DNA of 64,000 nt from the human T2T-CHM13v2.0 reference genome, Homo sapiens (GCF_009914755.1 NC_060927.1), one strand, 5' to 3'. Counted from the first letter of the stretch, positions 42,619 through 56,923 are shown. Numbers and translations: made by a program. Notes: generated by a model not told the origin, from the sequence alone.

Positions 42619-44267
42619 TGAGAGGTGACAGCGTGCTGGCAGTCCTCACAGCCCTCTCTCGCTCTCGGCGCCTCCTCTGCCTGGGCTCCCACTTTGGCAG
42701 CACTTGAGGAGCACTTCAGCCCACTGCTGCACTGTGGGAGCCCCTTTCTGGGCTGGCCAAGGCCAGAGCCCACTTCCTCAGCTTGCAGGGAGGTGTGGAG
42801 GGAGAGGCGTGAGTGGGAACCGGGGCTGCGTGCTGCACTTGCGGGCCAGGTGGAGTTCCGGGTGGGTGTGGGCTTGGCAGGCCCTGCACTTGGAGCAGCC
42901 AGCCAGCCCTGCCCGCCCCGGGCAATGAAGGACTTAGCACCCGGGCCAGCGGCTGCAGAGGGTGTACTGGGTCCCCCAGCAGTGCCAGCCCACCAGCGCT
43001 GTGCTCGATTTCTTGCTGGGCCTTGGCTGCCTTCCTGTGGGGCAGGTCTGGGGACTGCAGCCCATCATGCCTGAGCCTTCCCCCACCTCCGTGGGCTCCT
43101 GTGCAGCCCAAGCCTCCCCGACGAGCGCCGCCCCCTGCTCCACAGTGCCCAGTCCCATCGATCACCCAAGGGCTGAGGAGTGAGAGCGCATGGCGTGGGA
43201 CTGGCAGGCAGCTCCACCTGCAGCCCTGGTGCGGGATCCACTGGGTGAAGCCAGCTGGGCTCCTGAGTCTGGTGGGGCCTTGGAGAACCTTTATGTCTAG
43301 CTCAGGGATTGTAAATACACCAATCGGCACTCTATATCTAGCTCAAGGTTTGTAAACACACCAATCAGCACCCTGTGTCTAGCTCAGGGTTTGTGAGTGC
43401 ACCAGTCGACACTCTGTATCTAGCTGAGTCTGGTGGGCCCTTGGAGAACCTTTATGTCTAGCTCAAGGATTGTAAATACACCAATTGGCACTCTGTATCT
43501 AGCTCAGGGTTTGTAAACACACCAATCAGCACCCTGTGTTTAGCTCAGGGTTTGTGAGTGCACCAATGGACACTCTGTATCTAGCTGAGTCTGGTGGGCC
43601 CTTGGAGAACCTTTATGTCTAACTCAGGGGTTGTAAATACACCAATCGGCACTCTGTATCTAGCTCAAGGTTTGTCAACACACCAATCAGCACCCTGTGT
43701 CTAGCTCAGGGTTTGTGAGTGCACCAATCGACACTCTGTATCTAGCTGCTCTGGTGGGGCCTTGGAGAACCTTTGTGTCCATACTCTGTATCTAACTAAT
43801 CTGATGGGGACGTGGAGAACCTTTGTATCTAGCTCAGGGATTGTAAACGCACCAATGAGCGCCCTGTCAAAACAGACCACTCGGCTCTACCAATCAGCAG
43901 GACGTGGGTGGGGCCAGATAAGAGAATAAAAGCAGACTGCCTGAGCCAGTAGTGGTAACCCGCTGGGGTCCCCTTCCACACTGTGGAAGCTTTGTTCTTT
44001 CACTCTTTGCAATAAATCTTGCTACTGCTCACTCTTTGGGTCCACACTGCCTTTATGAGCTGTAACACTCACCGCAAAGGTCTGCAGCTTCACTCCTGAG
44101 CCAGCAAGACCACGAACCCACCAGAAGGAAGAAACTCCGAACACATCCGAACATCAGAAGGAACAAACTCCAGATGCGCCACCTTAAGAGCTGTAACACT
44201 CACCGCGAGAGTCCGCGGCTTCATTCTTGAAGTCAATGAGACCAAGAACCCACTAATTCCGGACACA
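42619..44267 (+). promoter_or_regulatory. LTR12C (~1.65 kb) promoter/enhancer LTR
   Basis: tgagaggtgacagcgtgctggcag start, GC-rich U3, CCAAT repeat array 43263-43895, AATAAAA TATA-like ~43925, AATAAA 44011. Confidence 0.93.
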
Positions 44268-44271
44268 CTAC

Positions 44272-46126
44272 AATTCCTGCATCTTCCAGAATCCTCTTCT
44301 GATATACTAGCTTCTTGCAATAATGCTGTATTTTCTCTCATCTCTTTCTTCTCTTAATAGTTTGTCCAGAGTGGGGGTTGTTCCTTTTAATTCTTTTTAA
44401 TTTATTATTTTATTTTTTTCTTCTCTTTCTCTAGATTATCCCCCAAAACTAAGTAGCCTTTGTTAAGATTTGGGTAATAGACTGTTTTTGTCATGCTACC
44501 ACTTTTCTCCTAACTTGTGTTTGGAAAATCAGCGAGAGAGTCAAGAAAAAGGTGATTAGGGCCAGAGAGTGATTTTGATCTGCCCTTGCATCCATGTCAA
44601 TAATTTTTCAGAAAGTCTCAAGAAACCACTGATGGAAATCAGTGGGTATTCACCCATTTTCTAGATACACTGTAGCAATTTCTTCCAGCTCACCATTAGC
44701 TGAAAGACTTCAAGTATGGTCAGTATGGTCCTCAGCAATCCGTTCTGATGAGTCTCTAGTGCCCTCACATATTCCATGTAGTAAGAAGGTGGTAGAGAGC
44801 CAGCTTCCCTTGGCCACATACTCCTTGATGTACTTGCTGCCTCAAAGAAGCAGTCTGCAGGTTGCAGAATTCCATGCGGTAGCCAGTACTCAGCTTCCTG
44901 TGTGGGGCTGTAAACTGAAGACATGCTGTTTTCTGCAAACTTTAGAAACATAAAGAAGTCTTTAAATAAGTAATAACAGCTGATGAGAAAGGCATGTGAA
45001 TTACTCAGGAGTCCTCGATAGCTTCTCATTGATATCAGGTTTGCAGGCAGCCTAAATAGGAAGGGCCAATTTTCTTCAGTTGAGACAAGAAAAATGTAAC
45101 TTATGTGGCATCTTGGTCTCCCTTCCTGTGTTGACATTCACCAGCTTAACACCTTGTTTGTTTACCTTTTTCCAGGTGACTAATGTAGCCAATATCCATT
45201 CCATTGCCTTCATATGGGGACACAATCTTTTGTCCAAATTATGCATTATTTCCTGATCGGGTCTCTTTAGCATGCCTGCTTCCCAGCTATATGGTGTGTG
45301 ATGAGGAGGAACACTTGGAGATGGAATCTGGACTAAGAAATAAAATGGACTCAGGGTTAGAATGCCAGGCACACAAACCTGTGTCCTCAAACACAGCCGG
45401 TAATTCATTCCCAGCTAAAGTAGTTAGAGGGACTTTAACTTCGTTACTCTTTACGGGGGAATCTACTAATGAAAGAAACCACTGTCTAAAGATCATTCCT
45501 TCTCTCACCTTCCCCAGAGTCAGGTTGAGTCACGAAGGACTAAGAGTTTGCAGAGAGAGCAGAGGAAACAGGGCAGTAGAGAAGAGAGGAGGGAGGGTCT
45601 ATGGAAGTGAAAATGCCTTTAATTCTTACGTTTCTTCTTCTGTTTTTCTGAGTCTTTTCATTATCTAAATTGTTTTAAATTTTTTTTCTTAAGATGTTTT
45701 TCATTCTAGTAATTCATTTGCTTTCATGATGCCTGTCAAAGAAGACTTGCAAATTTATTTATTTAACCACATCAGAAGATCTGCCCTCAGGCCAGTAGAC
45801 TGGATTCTCATGTGCCCATTACAAATGTGAGAAAAGTTCTTTAAGAGGAAGACCTATAAGCAATATCCCTGGCTTCTTATACTTTTCAACCATATGGAGA
45901 CCCTGATAGGATTTTAGATACTTCATGATTTACCCGTGCTTATTCAACAGCAAAATCTTGAATTTGGAGAGGGTGGTTGATCTGGCTAGTGTTGCAAAAG
46001 AGCAGAGAGCTAGAATGAAGACTTTTATAATTCATGATCTCTTACCTGACTTTTGTGTGGCCACAGACCTTCAGCTGCTCTGCTCAATTCAGGAACTGTC
46101 AGATGTTCTGCCCCCTTCGCCAGAAT
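44272..46126 (-). pseudogene. ancient ERV leader and gag remnant
   Basis: PBS-like tggcg next to LTR end, splice donor cag/gtaaga (~46045), WPEGRSSD (MA-like), KFAE..VYSPT, VSWKKLLQCI*KMGEYP/TDFHQWFLETF (MHR-like). Confidence 0.7.
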
Positions 46127-47043
<917 letters not shown>

Positions 47044-47124
47044 GTGTTATTCACCAAGCATCCCCAAATGTTAGCATTTTACATAACCACAATAGAGTTA
47101 TAAAACCCAGCAAATTAACATTAA

Positions 47125-48508
47125 GGTTAATTAACATTAACATAACAAACAGGAGGGAGACTGTCCAAAACAAAATGGTATTTATTCGGAAATAGGCATT
47201 GTGATGGGAATATGTATGCCATAGTAAATTATGTGTGTTCTCAGGGAGGTAAAGGAAGACAAAGATTTTTTTTTAAACAAGACTGATTACATAATCAGCT
47301 TGAAATATATATTCTTTGTTACAAGGATCAATAGCAAGAGTGGCACCAGTCCAAATTTAGATAGGCATTTTCTTTTTTTTTTTTTAATTATACTTTAAGT
47401 CTAGGGTACATGTGCACAACGTGCAGGTTTGTTACATAGGTATACATGTGCCATGTTGGCTTGCTGCATCCTTCAACTCATCATTTACATTAGGTATTTC
47501 TCCAGACAGGCCCCAGTGTGTGATGTTCCCCACCCTGTGTCCATGTGTTCTCATTGTTCAATTCCCACTATGAGTGAGAACATGCGGTGTTTGGTTTTCT
47601 GTCCTTGTGATAGTTTGCTGAGAATGATGGTTTCCAGCTTCATCCATGTCCCTGCAAATGACATGAACTCATCATTTTTTATGGCTGCATAGTATTCCAT
47701 GGTGTATATGTGCCATATTTTCTTAATCCAGTCTATCATTGATGGACATTTGGCTTGGTTCCAAGTCTTTGCTATTGTGAATAGTGCTGCAATAAACATT
47801 TGTGTGCATGTGTCTTTATAGTAGCATGATTTATAATCCTTTGGGTATATACCCAGTAATGGGATGGCTGGGTCAAATGGTATTTCTAGTTCTAGATCCT
47901 TGAGGAATCGCCACACTGTCTTCCACAATGGTTGAACTAGTTTACACTCCCACCAGCAATGTAAAAGCCTTCCTATTTCTCCACATCCTCTCCAGCATCT
48001 GTTGTTTCCTGACTTTTTAATGATCGCCGTTCTAACTGGCATGAGATGGTATCTCATTGTGGTTTTGATTTGCATTTCTCTAATGACCAGTGATGATGAG
48101 CATTTTTTCATGTGTCTGTTGGCTGCATAAATGTCTTCTTTTGAGAACTGACTGTTCATATCCTTTGCCCACTTTTTGATGGGGCTGTTTGTTTTTTTCT
48201 TGTAAATTTGTTTGAGTTCTTTGTAGATTCTGGATATTAGCCCTTTGTCAGATGAGTAGATTGCAAAAATTTTCTCCCGTTCTGTAGGTTGCCTAGACAG
48301 GCATTTTCTGGGCAGATGTCCTCACAGAAGTAATTTTTTGTGTAAGGTTGTGATGGCCTTTGTGTAAGGTTGTGGGTTTTGAACTCTTTTGTTATAGTTC
48401 GTGTTGTCAGGGACTCATGTATTAGAATCCTCTCTTTATGGCCTTTTCTGGCTATGTTTATCAGGGCTTTTAACACAAGTGACTCCATTTTGTTTCAGAC
48501 AACTTTCA
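47125..48508 (-). mobile_element. MER67-like ERV1 LTR interrupted by L1PA
   Basis: minus start tgaaagttgtctgaaacaaaatggagtcac; left part similar to 63406-63622. Confidence 0.6.
47374..48293 (-). mobile_element. 5'-truncated L1PA (PA6/7-like)
   Basis: poly-T, L1 3'UTR, ORF2 C-terminal frame 47551-48159 with [18 protein letters not shown]; 16-bp TSD taga(t/c)aggcattttct. Confidence 0.93.
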
Positions 48509-48519
48509 TAATATAACAC

Positions 48520-49071
48520 TGTTAGAAGAAAGGGGTCCTGATCCAGACCCCAGGAGAGGGTTCTTGGATCTCATGCAAGAAAGAATTCAGGGTGAGTCCA
48601 CAGTGCAAAGTAAAAGCAAGTTTACTAGTAAAATAGAGGAATAAAAGAATGGCTACTCCATAGAGCAGTGTCGAGGGCTGCTGGTTGCCCATTTTTATAG
48701 TTAGTTCTTGATAATAGGTTAAACAAGGGGTGTACTATTCATGCCTCCCTGTTTTAGACCATAAAGGGTAACTTCCTGACATTGCAATGGCATTTGTAAA
48801 CTGTCATGGCACTGGTTGAAGTGTAGTAGCAGTGAGGATGACCAGAGGTCAGTCTCATGGCCATCTTGGTTTGGTGAAATTTAAATGGCTTCTTTACTGC
48901 AGCCTGTTTTATCAGCCAGATCTTCATGACCTGTATCTTGTGCCAACCTCCTGTCTCATCCTGTGACTTAGAATGCCTTAACCTTCTGGAAATGCAACCT
49001 AGTAGGTTTCAGCCTCATCTTACCCAGCTCCTATTCAAGATGGAGCTTCTTTGGTTCACACACCTCTGACA
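48520..49071 (-). mobile_element. MER41 solo LTR (length fits MER41A)
   Basis: minus start tgtcagaggtgtgtgaaccaaagaagctccatcttgaatagg; 552 bp; TSD acac/atac. Confidence 0.85.
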
Positions 49072-49075
49072 ATAC

Positions 49076-49505
49076 TGCTAACTAATCTACAGATCTATTC
49101 AAATTTAATAAGTTGTGCCCTTAATGTCCTTTTCTGGTCATAACCAATTCAAAATTATACAATGCATTTAGTTTTTAAATGTCTTTTAATCTGAGACATT
49201 CCTTTAATATTTCTTTGTCTTTTATGACCCTGAACACTTTGAACAGTAAAAGCTGGTGGATTTGTGTTTGGATTTGTCTGATGTGTCCTCATGATTAAAT
49301 CCAAGTTATGTGTTTTTTACAGAAATGCTACAGAAATGATTCTGGGTCCTTCTTAATGCATTACTGTTGATGCTAAATTTAGTCACATTAATTTAATTTA
49401 CTGTGGTCTCTGCTAGGTTTCTCCATTACAAAGTCACTATTTTCCTCTTCCACTTGATAAGTACCCTGCTGGGAGATAACATAGAGATTATCAAAATATC
49501 CTCTT
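49076..49505 (-). mobile_element. L1MC/MD 3' fragment (continues 47044-47122)
   Basis: 'actaatctacagatctattcaaattt...ttggatttgtctgatgtgtcctcatgatta'. Confidence 0.6.
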
Positions 49506-49756
49506 TCCTTTTTTAAACATATAAACATGAAAGTTCACTTCCATTTAAATTAAAAAATTACAAAACACAAAAAGGATGGCTGACAAATAATATTGTGTGC
49601 GAAAAATTTCAGAATTAAATCACATTAAATAAAAGAAAGTCTTAAATTTGAATTTTACATCATTTGGTATTTCTGATTTAGATATTCAATTCAACCAACT
49701 ACAGTTTGGAGTCAGCAAAGAGCCCAGTAGAGATAGTCAAACTGGTCACAAACTAA

Positions 49757-50232
<476 letters not shown>

Positions 50233-50964
50233 TTTTATTTTTATTTTTTTATAACTTTGACATTTATTTCAGATTTAGGGGGTACATGTACATGTTTATT
50301 ACGTGGATGTATTGAACGATGCTGAAGTTTGGGGTATGATTGATCCTATCAAGCAAGTACTGAGCCTAGTACCCAGTAATTAGGTTTTCAACCCTCCCCC
50401 AACCTGTCCCCTCCCTGTAGTAGTCTCCAGTTTCTGTTGTTGCCATCTTTATGTCCGTGTGTACCTATTGTTTAGCTCCCACTTATAAGTGAGAACATGT
50501 GGTATTGGTTTTCTGTTCCTGCATTAATTCACTTAGGATCATGGCCTCCAGCAGCATCTATTTTGCCACAGAGGATATTATTTCATTTTTTTAATGGCTG
50601 CATAGCATTCCATGGAGTATATGTACCACATTTTCTTTATTCAGTCTACTGTTGATGGGCACCTAGATTGATTCCATATCTTTGCTATTGTGAATAGTGC
50701 TGCAATGAACATATTACTGCATGTGTCTTTTTGACTGAATGATTTATTTTCTTTTAGATATGTAGCCAGTAATGGCATTGCAGGGTCAAATGGTAGTTCT
50801 ATTTTAAGTTCCTTGACAAAGCTCTAAACTGCTTTCCATAATGGCTGAACTAATTTGCATTCTCACCAATAGTCTATAAGCACTCCTTTTCTCCATAGCC
50901 TTGCCAGCATCTGTTGTTTTTGAACATTTTAATACGAGCCATTTTGAATGGTGTGAGATGGTAT

Positions 50965-51782
50965 TATGTCCAGAATTGGTGGGTTCTTGGTCTCACTGAC
51001 TTCAAGAGTGAAGCCACGGACCCTTGCAGTGAATGTTACAGTTCTTAAAGATGGTGTGTCTGGAGTTTGTTCCTTCTGATGTTCGGATGTGTCCAGAGTT
51101 TCTTCCTTCTGGTGGGTGCGTGGTCTCGCTGACTTCGGGAGTGAAGCTGCAGATCTTCGCCGTGAGTGTTACAGCTCTTAAAGGTGGCACATCTGGAGTT
51201 GTTCATTCCTCCCAGTGGGTTCATGGTCTTGCTGACTTCAGGAGTGAAGCTGCAGACCTTTGCAGTGTTACAGCTCATAAAGGCAGCGTGGACCCAAAGA
51301 GTGAGCAGCGGCAAGATTTATTGCAAAGAGCAAAAGAACAAAGCTTCTACAGCATGGAAGGGGACCTGAGCAGGTTGCCGCTGCTGGCGCCGGTGGCCTG
51401 CTTTTATTCCCTTATTTGGCCCCACTCACATCCTACTGATTGGTTCATTTTACAGAGAGATGATTGGTCCATTTTACAGAGTGCTGATTGGTCCATTTTA
51501 CAGAGTGCTGATTGGTCCATTTTGACAGAGTGCTGATTGGTGCACTTACAAACCTTTAGCTAGACACAGAGTGCTGATTGGTGCATTTACAATCCTTTAG
51601 TTAGACACAAAAGTTCTCCAAGTCCCCTACCCGATTAGCTAGACACAGAGGGCTGATTGGTGCGTTAACAAACCTTTAGCTAGACACAGAGCGCTGATTG
51701 GTGCATTTACAATTCTTTAGCAAGACAGAAAAGTTCTCCAAGTCCCCACCCAATCCAGAAGCCCAGCCAGCTTCACCTCTCA
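50965..51782 (-). promoter_or_regulatory. 3' LTR12
   Basis: 818 bp; repeated 'gctgattgg' CCAAT units; PPT at 51783-51795. Confidence 0.93.
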
Positions 51783-51799
51783 ATCCCCCCTCTAAACAA

Positions 51800-52420
51800 C
51801 TGCTGTTGGGAATTTGGCCAATGACTGCTCTAGCTACTTCCTGCTGGATAGGGGTGAAGAAGGGTCCCTGCTGTTGTAGTGTCCTCCAGAGGGGAACTCT
51901 TTAGGCCAGTGGAAGGGCCAGGGGATCGGTCCAGGGGTCCTTGGTAGAAGTTGTTAGTTGAACTCATTTGGGGTTCCATTTGTAAGACCATCTGTTGCTT
52001 GATGACCTTGATTCTAGAGGAAACAAATCTGACAAGGAGGTTAAAAATATAGGGCCCGAAGGCGAGTAATAGCAAGATGGATGCCACAGGACTTGGAAAG
52101 GGGAGAAGCCATGTTGCCCAAATCCAGAGGTTGATATAAGAGTTTGAAAGGTTTTGTCTGATTCCAGAAGCCTTTTCCTGTAAATGCCGGGTGGCATCTC
52201 ATACTATCCCTCACTGGTTAGTGTAAAAACAACACTCTTCTCCTAAGAAGGTGCAGAGTCCTCCTTTCTCAGCAGTGAGGAGGTCTAGGCCTCGGCGGTT
52301 TTGAAGAGTCACTGCTGCCAAAGAGTCTAATTGGGATTGTAAAGTAAGGATAGATTTTGTTATTTCTTGCAAACTGTCTGAGAAATCCTTTGAGAGTGTG
52401 TGGTAGTAGGATAATGCATG
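51800..52420 (-). pseudogene. env: HERV9 env TM remnant (frameshifted)
   Basis: ASILLLLAFGPYIFNLLVRFVSSRIK; inverted homolog of 42011-42600. Confidence 0.9.
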
Positions 52421-52994
52421 TTACACTGTTAACTTTTAGCAAACTTTACTTTTGCTGAAAACCTTGTAGTTTGGGGTTTTAATTATTCTTTGTTATTAAT
52501 AAAACCTTGTTCAGCCCATATTAACTTAGAAATGGTATAGATAGCTCCTTCCTGATTCTGTAAGTACTTTAAGATTTGGCTGAGTGCAAACAGCTCGCAT
52601 GTTTAAGCAGACCAACTATTAGGCAATTTTCCTAATTCTGCTTCTGTTAGCGTTTCCTTATCACTTACTGAATACCCATTGTGTCTTTTTCCCTTAATCA
52701 CCTAGGAGGAAACATCTATCATCCTGTCCTGAAGGGAGTTCCTCCTTGGTCTGGTTGGACCTTTGTATGGTAATTAATTAAGATTTAGATCACCTATTAG
52801 GAAACCTTCTGAGTTAAGGATTTTTGATAGAAAGGCTACGGATTGTCAGTGACCTCAGTGCTTTTGGGCTATGCCCTTGTTTACACTGACAACAAGGTGG
52901 TAATGGAGTGTTATAGGGTTACAGAGAAGACCTTCAATTATCAATGATAGGTCTTAAATTTACCCTGGCTTTTAAAGGAATAGGGTACACTGTT

Positions 52995-53260
52995 TTTTCT
53001 TTACTACTTCCATCTCTCTTTCTTTCTCTTTGACTTCTTGTCTCTTTCTCTCTCTTCCTCTCTCTGTCTCTCTCTTTGACTCCTTCTTTGTCTATTCCTC
53101 TCTTTCTGTGTCTCTCTTTCTTTCCCTCTCTGACTCCCTCTCTTTGTGTCTCTGTTTCTTCCTCTTTCTCTTTCTCTGACTTCCTGTCTCTTTCTCTCTT
53201 TCCTTTCTGCTGCCTCTGCCAGCTGTTATGCTGCTGTTCTCCCTTCTCCTTCCCTTTTTG
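52995..53260. repeat. CT/GA low-complexity tract inside HERV9 pol
   Basis: ~260 bp almost pure pyrimidine on +. Confidence 0.85.
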
Positions 53261-53338
53261 ATGGCTTCAGCAGTGTCAGACTGTCACCTCCTTGGGTTTT
53301 TGCACTGCATGCAATAACTCCATAATTTCCTTGTGTAT

Positions 53339-55429
53339 TTATTGGGAGTACCCCCAGAGATTAGGGGGAACCCTAACCCTTTCTTTCCATATTGCAGCAT
53401 GGGCATGTAGGATTAGATAAGCATACTTGCTATGTGTATACACATTTATTCTTTTTCCCTTTCCCAGTTCTACGTCTTGGGTAAGTGCCACTAGTTCTGC
53501 TAACTGGGTGCTGGTCCCTGGGGGAAGAGGCTTACTTTCAAGTACAGCTACATCAGTAACTATGGCATAACCTGACCTTCGTATCCCATTCTCCACAAAT
53601 GAACTTCCATCGGCATATAGGTTAAGGTCAGGATTAGCTAAGGGGACTTCTAAGAGATCATCTCGGGTGGCATAAGTCTGGACTATAATTTGTTGGCTGT
53701 CATGCTCGATTGGTTCCTCATCCTCTGGGAGAACAGTGGCAGGGTTGAGGGCCATGCATGTTTGTATTTGAAGCACCAGTCCCTTAAGGAGTAGTGCCTG
53801 GTATCTAAGTAGGTGATTGTCTGATAGCCATAAACTTCCTTTGGCACCTAGTATGCCATTTACATCATGAGTAATCCAGACAGTGAGATCCTTTCCTTGT
53901 ATTATTTTGATAGCCTCTTACACTAAGACAGCCACCACTGCAACTACCTGTAAACAGTGAGGCCAGCCTTTTGCTACCACATCAATTTCCTTAGGTTGTC
54001 CCACTAGTCTGAGTAAGGTCTCCAAGAGCTATCCCTGCTCTCTCTGTGATGTATAAAGAGAAGTGTCCTGTGGGAAGGCTTAAAGCTGGAGCTTGTACTA
54101 GGGCCTGCTTTAAGGTTTTGAAGGCTGTTTCTGTCCCTGGTTCCCATTCTACTAGATGAGTATTTGCTCTCTGGGTCTCCTTGATTAGAATATATAGGGG
54201 CCTGGCTATCTCACTGTATCTGGGGATCCATAGTCGGCAAAAGCCGGTGATTTCAAGGAACACCCACAACTGTTTTAATGTCTTAGGGCAAGGATAGGCT
54301 GTATTTGTTCCTTGCTAAGGGCCCTGGTCCCTCTGGCTAAGATTAGGCCTAGATATTTAACCTGCTGTAAACAAAGCTGGGCCTTCAACCTAGATGCGTA
54401 GTACCCTTGATTAGCTAGAAAGTTCAAGAGATCTAGAGTAGCCTGCTGGCATGAGGCTTCTGAACTGGTAGCCAAAAGTAAATCATCCACATACTGAAGG
54501 ACCAGAGTGCCTGAACTTGAGAAGTGGCCTAGATCTTGGGCCAGTACCTGACCAAACAGGTGAGGGCTATCCCTAAACCCCTGGGGCAAGACCATCCACT
54601 TAAGTTGGGATGTGTGGTCTGTGGGATCCTCAAAGGCAAAGAGAAACTGGGAGTCATAGTGAAGGGGAATACAGAAGAAGGCATCCTTGAGGTCCAGAAC
54701 CGTGAACCATTCTGCTTCCTCTGGTATTTGAGAGAGAAGGGTATAAGGGTTGGGTACAACTGGATACTGAGGAAATACAGCCTCATTGATGAGTCTAAGA
54801 TCTTGCACTAGTCTCCATTGACCATTCAGCTTTTGTACTCCTAGAATTGGGGTGTTGCAGGGACTGCTGCATTTCCTTCCTAAGCCTTGAGCTTTCAAAT
54901 ATTTAACAATATCCTGTATTCCTTTATGAGCTTCAGGCCTTAAGGGATATTGCCTTTGATAAGGAAAAGTGGTGGGGTCTTTTAGCCTGATTTGGACTGG
55001 GTGGGCATTTTTTGCCCTTTCAAATTGTCTTTCCAATGCCCAGACTTCAGGGTTGATTCCCTCCTCAAGTAGAGGACAACAAATGGGTAACTTGTTCCCC
55101 GTATTCATGTAGATAATAGCTCCAGCTTTGGCTAATATGTCCCTCCCTAATAAGGGTGTGGGACTTTCAGGCATAACAAGAAAGGCATGTGAAAAGAGCA
55201 AAGTCTCCCAATTACAACTGAGGAGGTGGGAGAAATACCTGGTTATAGGCTGTCCCAGGATTCCTTGGATGGTAATGGACCTTGAGGATAGTCATCCAGG
55301 ATAGGAGATTTACACTGAGAAGGCTGCACCAGTGTCCAGAAGGAAGTCAATTTCCTGGCCCTCAATAGTTAAACATACCCAGGGCTCAGTGAGGGTGATG
55401 ACATGAGCTGGCACTTGCCCCAGGCACCC
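53339..55429 (-). pseudogene. pol: HERV9 pro-pol remnant (protease, RT, RNase H); integrase largely missing
   Basis: FLLDTGAAFSV* ; 308-codon frame 54275-55201 with LPQGFRDSP and YVDD; RNase H LYADGSS, AELVAL, YTHSKY. Confidence 0.95.
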
Positions 55430-56923
55430 TCAATCCTGTTGTTGGATCATCTGGTTGGGGGCTTCTGACCCAGGGAACCTTTGTCTTCTGGGGCAGTGCA
55501 CCTTCCAGTGATTGCCTCAGCATAGCAGACATGGATGAGGGGATGGCTTGTTTCTCGTTGGACAATCTTTTTTAAAGTGTCCTTGTAAGCCACACTGATA
55601 ACAAGCCCTACCGGGTGACTGGCCTGCTCCATTTTCTGTCCTCTCTGAACCACCAAGGTTTGTTTGTCTGAGGGCCATGACTAAGGCTGCGGCCTTTCTC
55701 TGATCTTGCTTTTCCTTTTGAGCTTGTTCCTCTTGGTCCCTATTGTAGAACACCAAGGTTGCCAGGTTTAATAATGCCTCCAAATTTTGTTCAGGGCCCA
55801 GGACCTGCTTTTGAAGCTTTCTCCTGATATCTGTGGCTGATTGGGTAATAAACTTATCTTTTAGAATCAATTGACCCTCAAGTGATTCGGGTGACAGGGG
55901 AGTATATTTTCTTAAGGTCTCCCATATCAGCTCAAGGAAGGCAGAAGGATTTTCTTCCTTTCTCTGAGTTATGGTGGACATTATTATTCAATGATGATGG
56001 GCTTTTTCCTAATTCAATTATTCAATTAATGGGCTTTTTCCTAATTCTCCTTAGTCCTTCTAGAACACAGGTCAACAGATGTTTATGACTCCAGTCCCCA
56101 TGATCTGAGTCAAGGTCCCAGTGGGGATCTGTACTGGAGATGGCTTGCTGACCAGTAGGGAATTTGTCCCTTTCTTCAGCTGTCATTCTATCATTTACTT
56201 GACTAAGATACCAAGTATCTCCAAACTCTCAGGCTGCAGCTAAAGCTGCATTCTTTTCATTAAAGGCCAGGGTTTTATCTACCAATAGCATGACATCTCT
56301 CCAAGTGAGATCGAAGGTTTGCCCTAGACCCTGTAGGACATCTATGTACCTATCAGGATCATCTGAAAACTTCCCCAGGTCTGCCTTGATCTGCTTTAAA
56401 TAAGAGAGGAAGAAAGAGACGTGTACCCGGGTTGGACCAAATTCCCCTCCCCCTATAGCTTGAAGGGGACATAACCGATAGCCCGGGGTTTTTGTGGTCC
56501 TTTGGAGATTTCCTTGCTTATTTCCTTCTGGGCAGGGGAGATTAGAGGAGGCTTATCATTAATAGGAAGGGGAGCTATAGGGAGGCTAGGATATGGGGGT
56601 AAGCTGTGTGGTCCTCCTGTAGGGTGTAAATTTCAAGCTTTGCATAGTTGTGTATTCCCCTTCAATGAAAAGAAAGCTTGGACATAAGATATTACACTCC
56701 ATTTGCCTTCCTTCTTACAGAAAAGGTCAAGCTGCAGGATAGTATTGTAATTTGTACTTCCCTCAGGTGGCAATTTTTCCCCATCAGAAAGAGAATATTG
56801 GGGCCAAGCCATAGTGCAGAAAAAAATGAGCCACCTCTTTTTCAGGATTTGGGGGTCAAATTGGTCCCAATGGCTTAGAATGTATTTCAAGGTTGAGCCT
56901 GTTGATGCCTGAGTGTTTCCCAT
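55430..56923 (-). pseudogene. gag: HERV9 gag remnant
   Basis: MGNTQ start at 56923, MHR QRKEENPSAFLE, zinc knuckle CYQCGLQGHFKKDC, TGA at 55430-55432; internal stops/frameshifts. Confidence 0.95.

Larger units (their letters stand above)
41784..44267 (+). mobile_element. internally deleted HERV9 provirus (5' LTR stub, pol/env remnant, 3' LTR12C)
   Basis: begins tgagaggtgac, ends ccggacaca; TSD ctac at 41780-41783 and 44268-44271; PPT 42608-42618. Confidence 0.92.

Noticed and set aside
42512-43355. Overlapping 150-204 aa ORFs on both strands
   Set aside because: They lie in the GC-rich U3 of LTR12C, where stops are rare; no protein-family motifs.
43263-43860. Regularly spaced repeats resembling a CRISPR array
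   Set aside because: No unique spacers, primate DNA, known LTR12 tandem enhancer repeats.
45170-45310. HHTPYSWEAGMLKRPDQEI resembling an integrase core motif
   Set aside because: It lies between MA-like and capsid-like gag segments, the wrong position for integrase; the resemblance is weak.
47125-47360. Similarity to 63406-63624 as a local segmental duplication
   Set aside because: The copies are diverged and flanks are unrelated; two independent insertions of one LTR family explain it.
47551-48159. 202-aa ORF as a host gene
   Set aside because: It is the C-terminus of L1 ORF2 in a 5'-truncated L1PA.
48520-49071. MER41 as an interferon-inducible STAT1 enhancer
   Set aside because: Length fits MER41A and I did not see the tandem TTCNNNGAA sites described for MER41B.
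51033-51536. 167-aa ORF and similar ORFs at 44090 and 58189
   Set aside because: Antisense readings of LTR12 U5 repeats.
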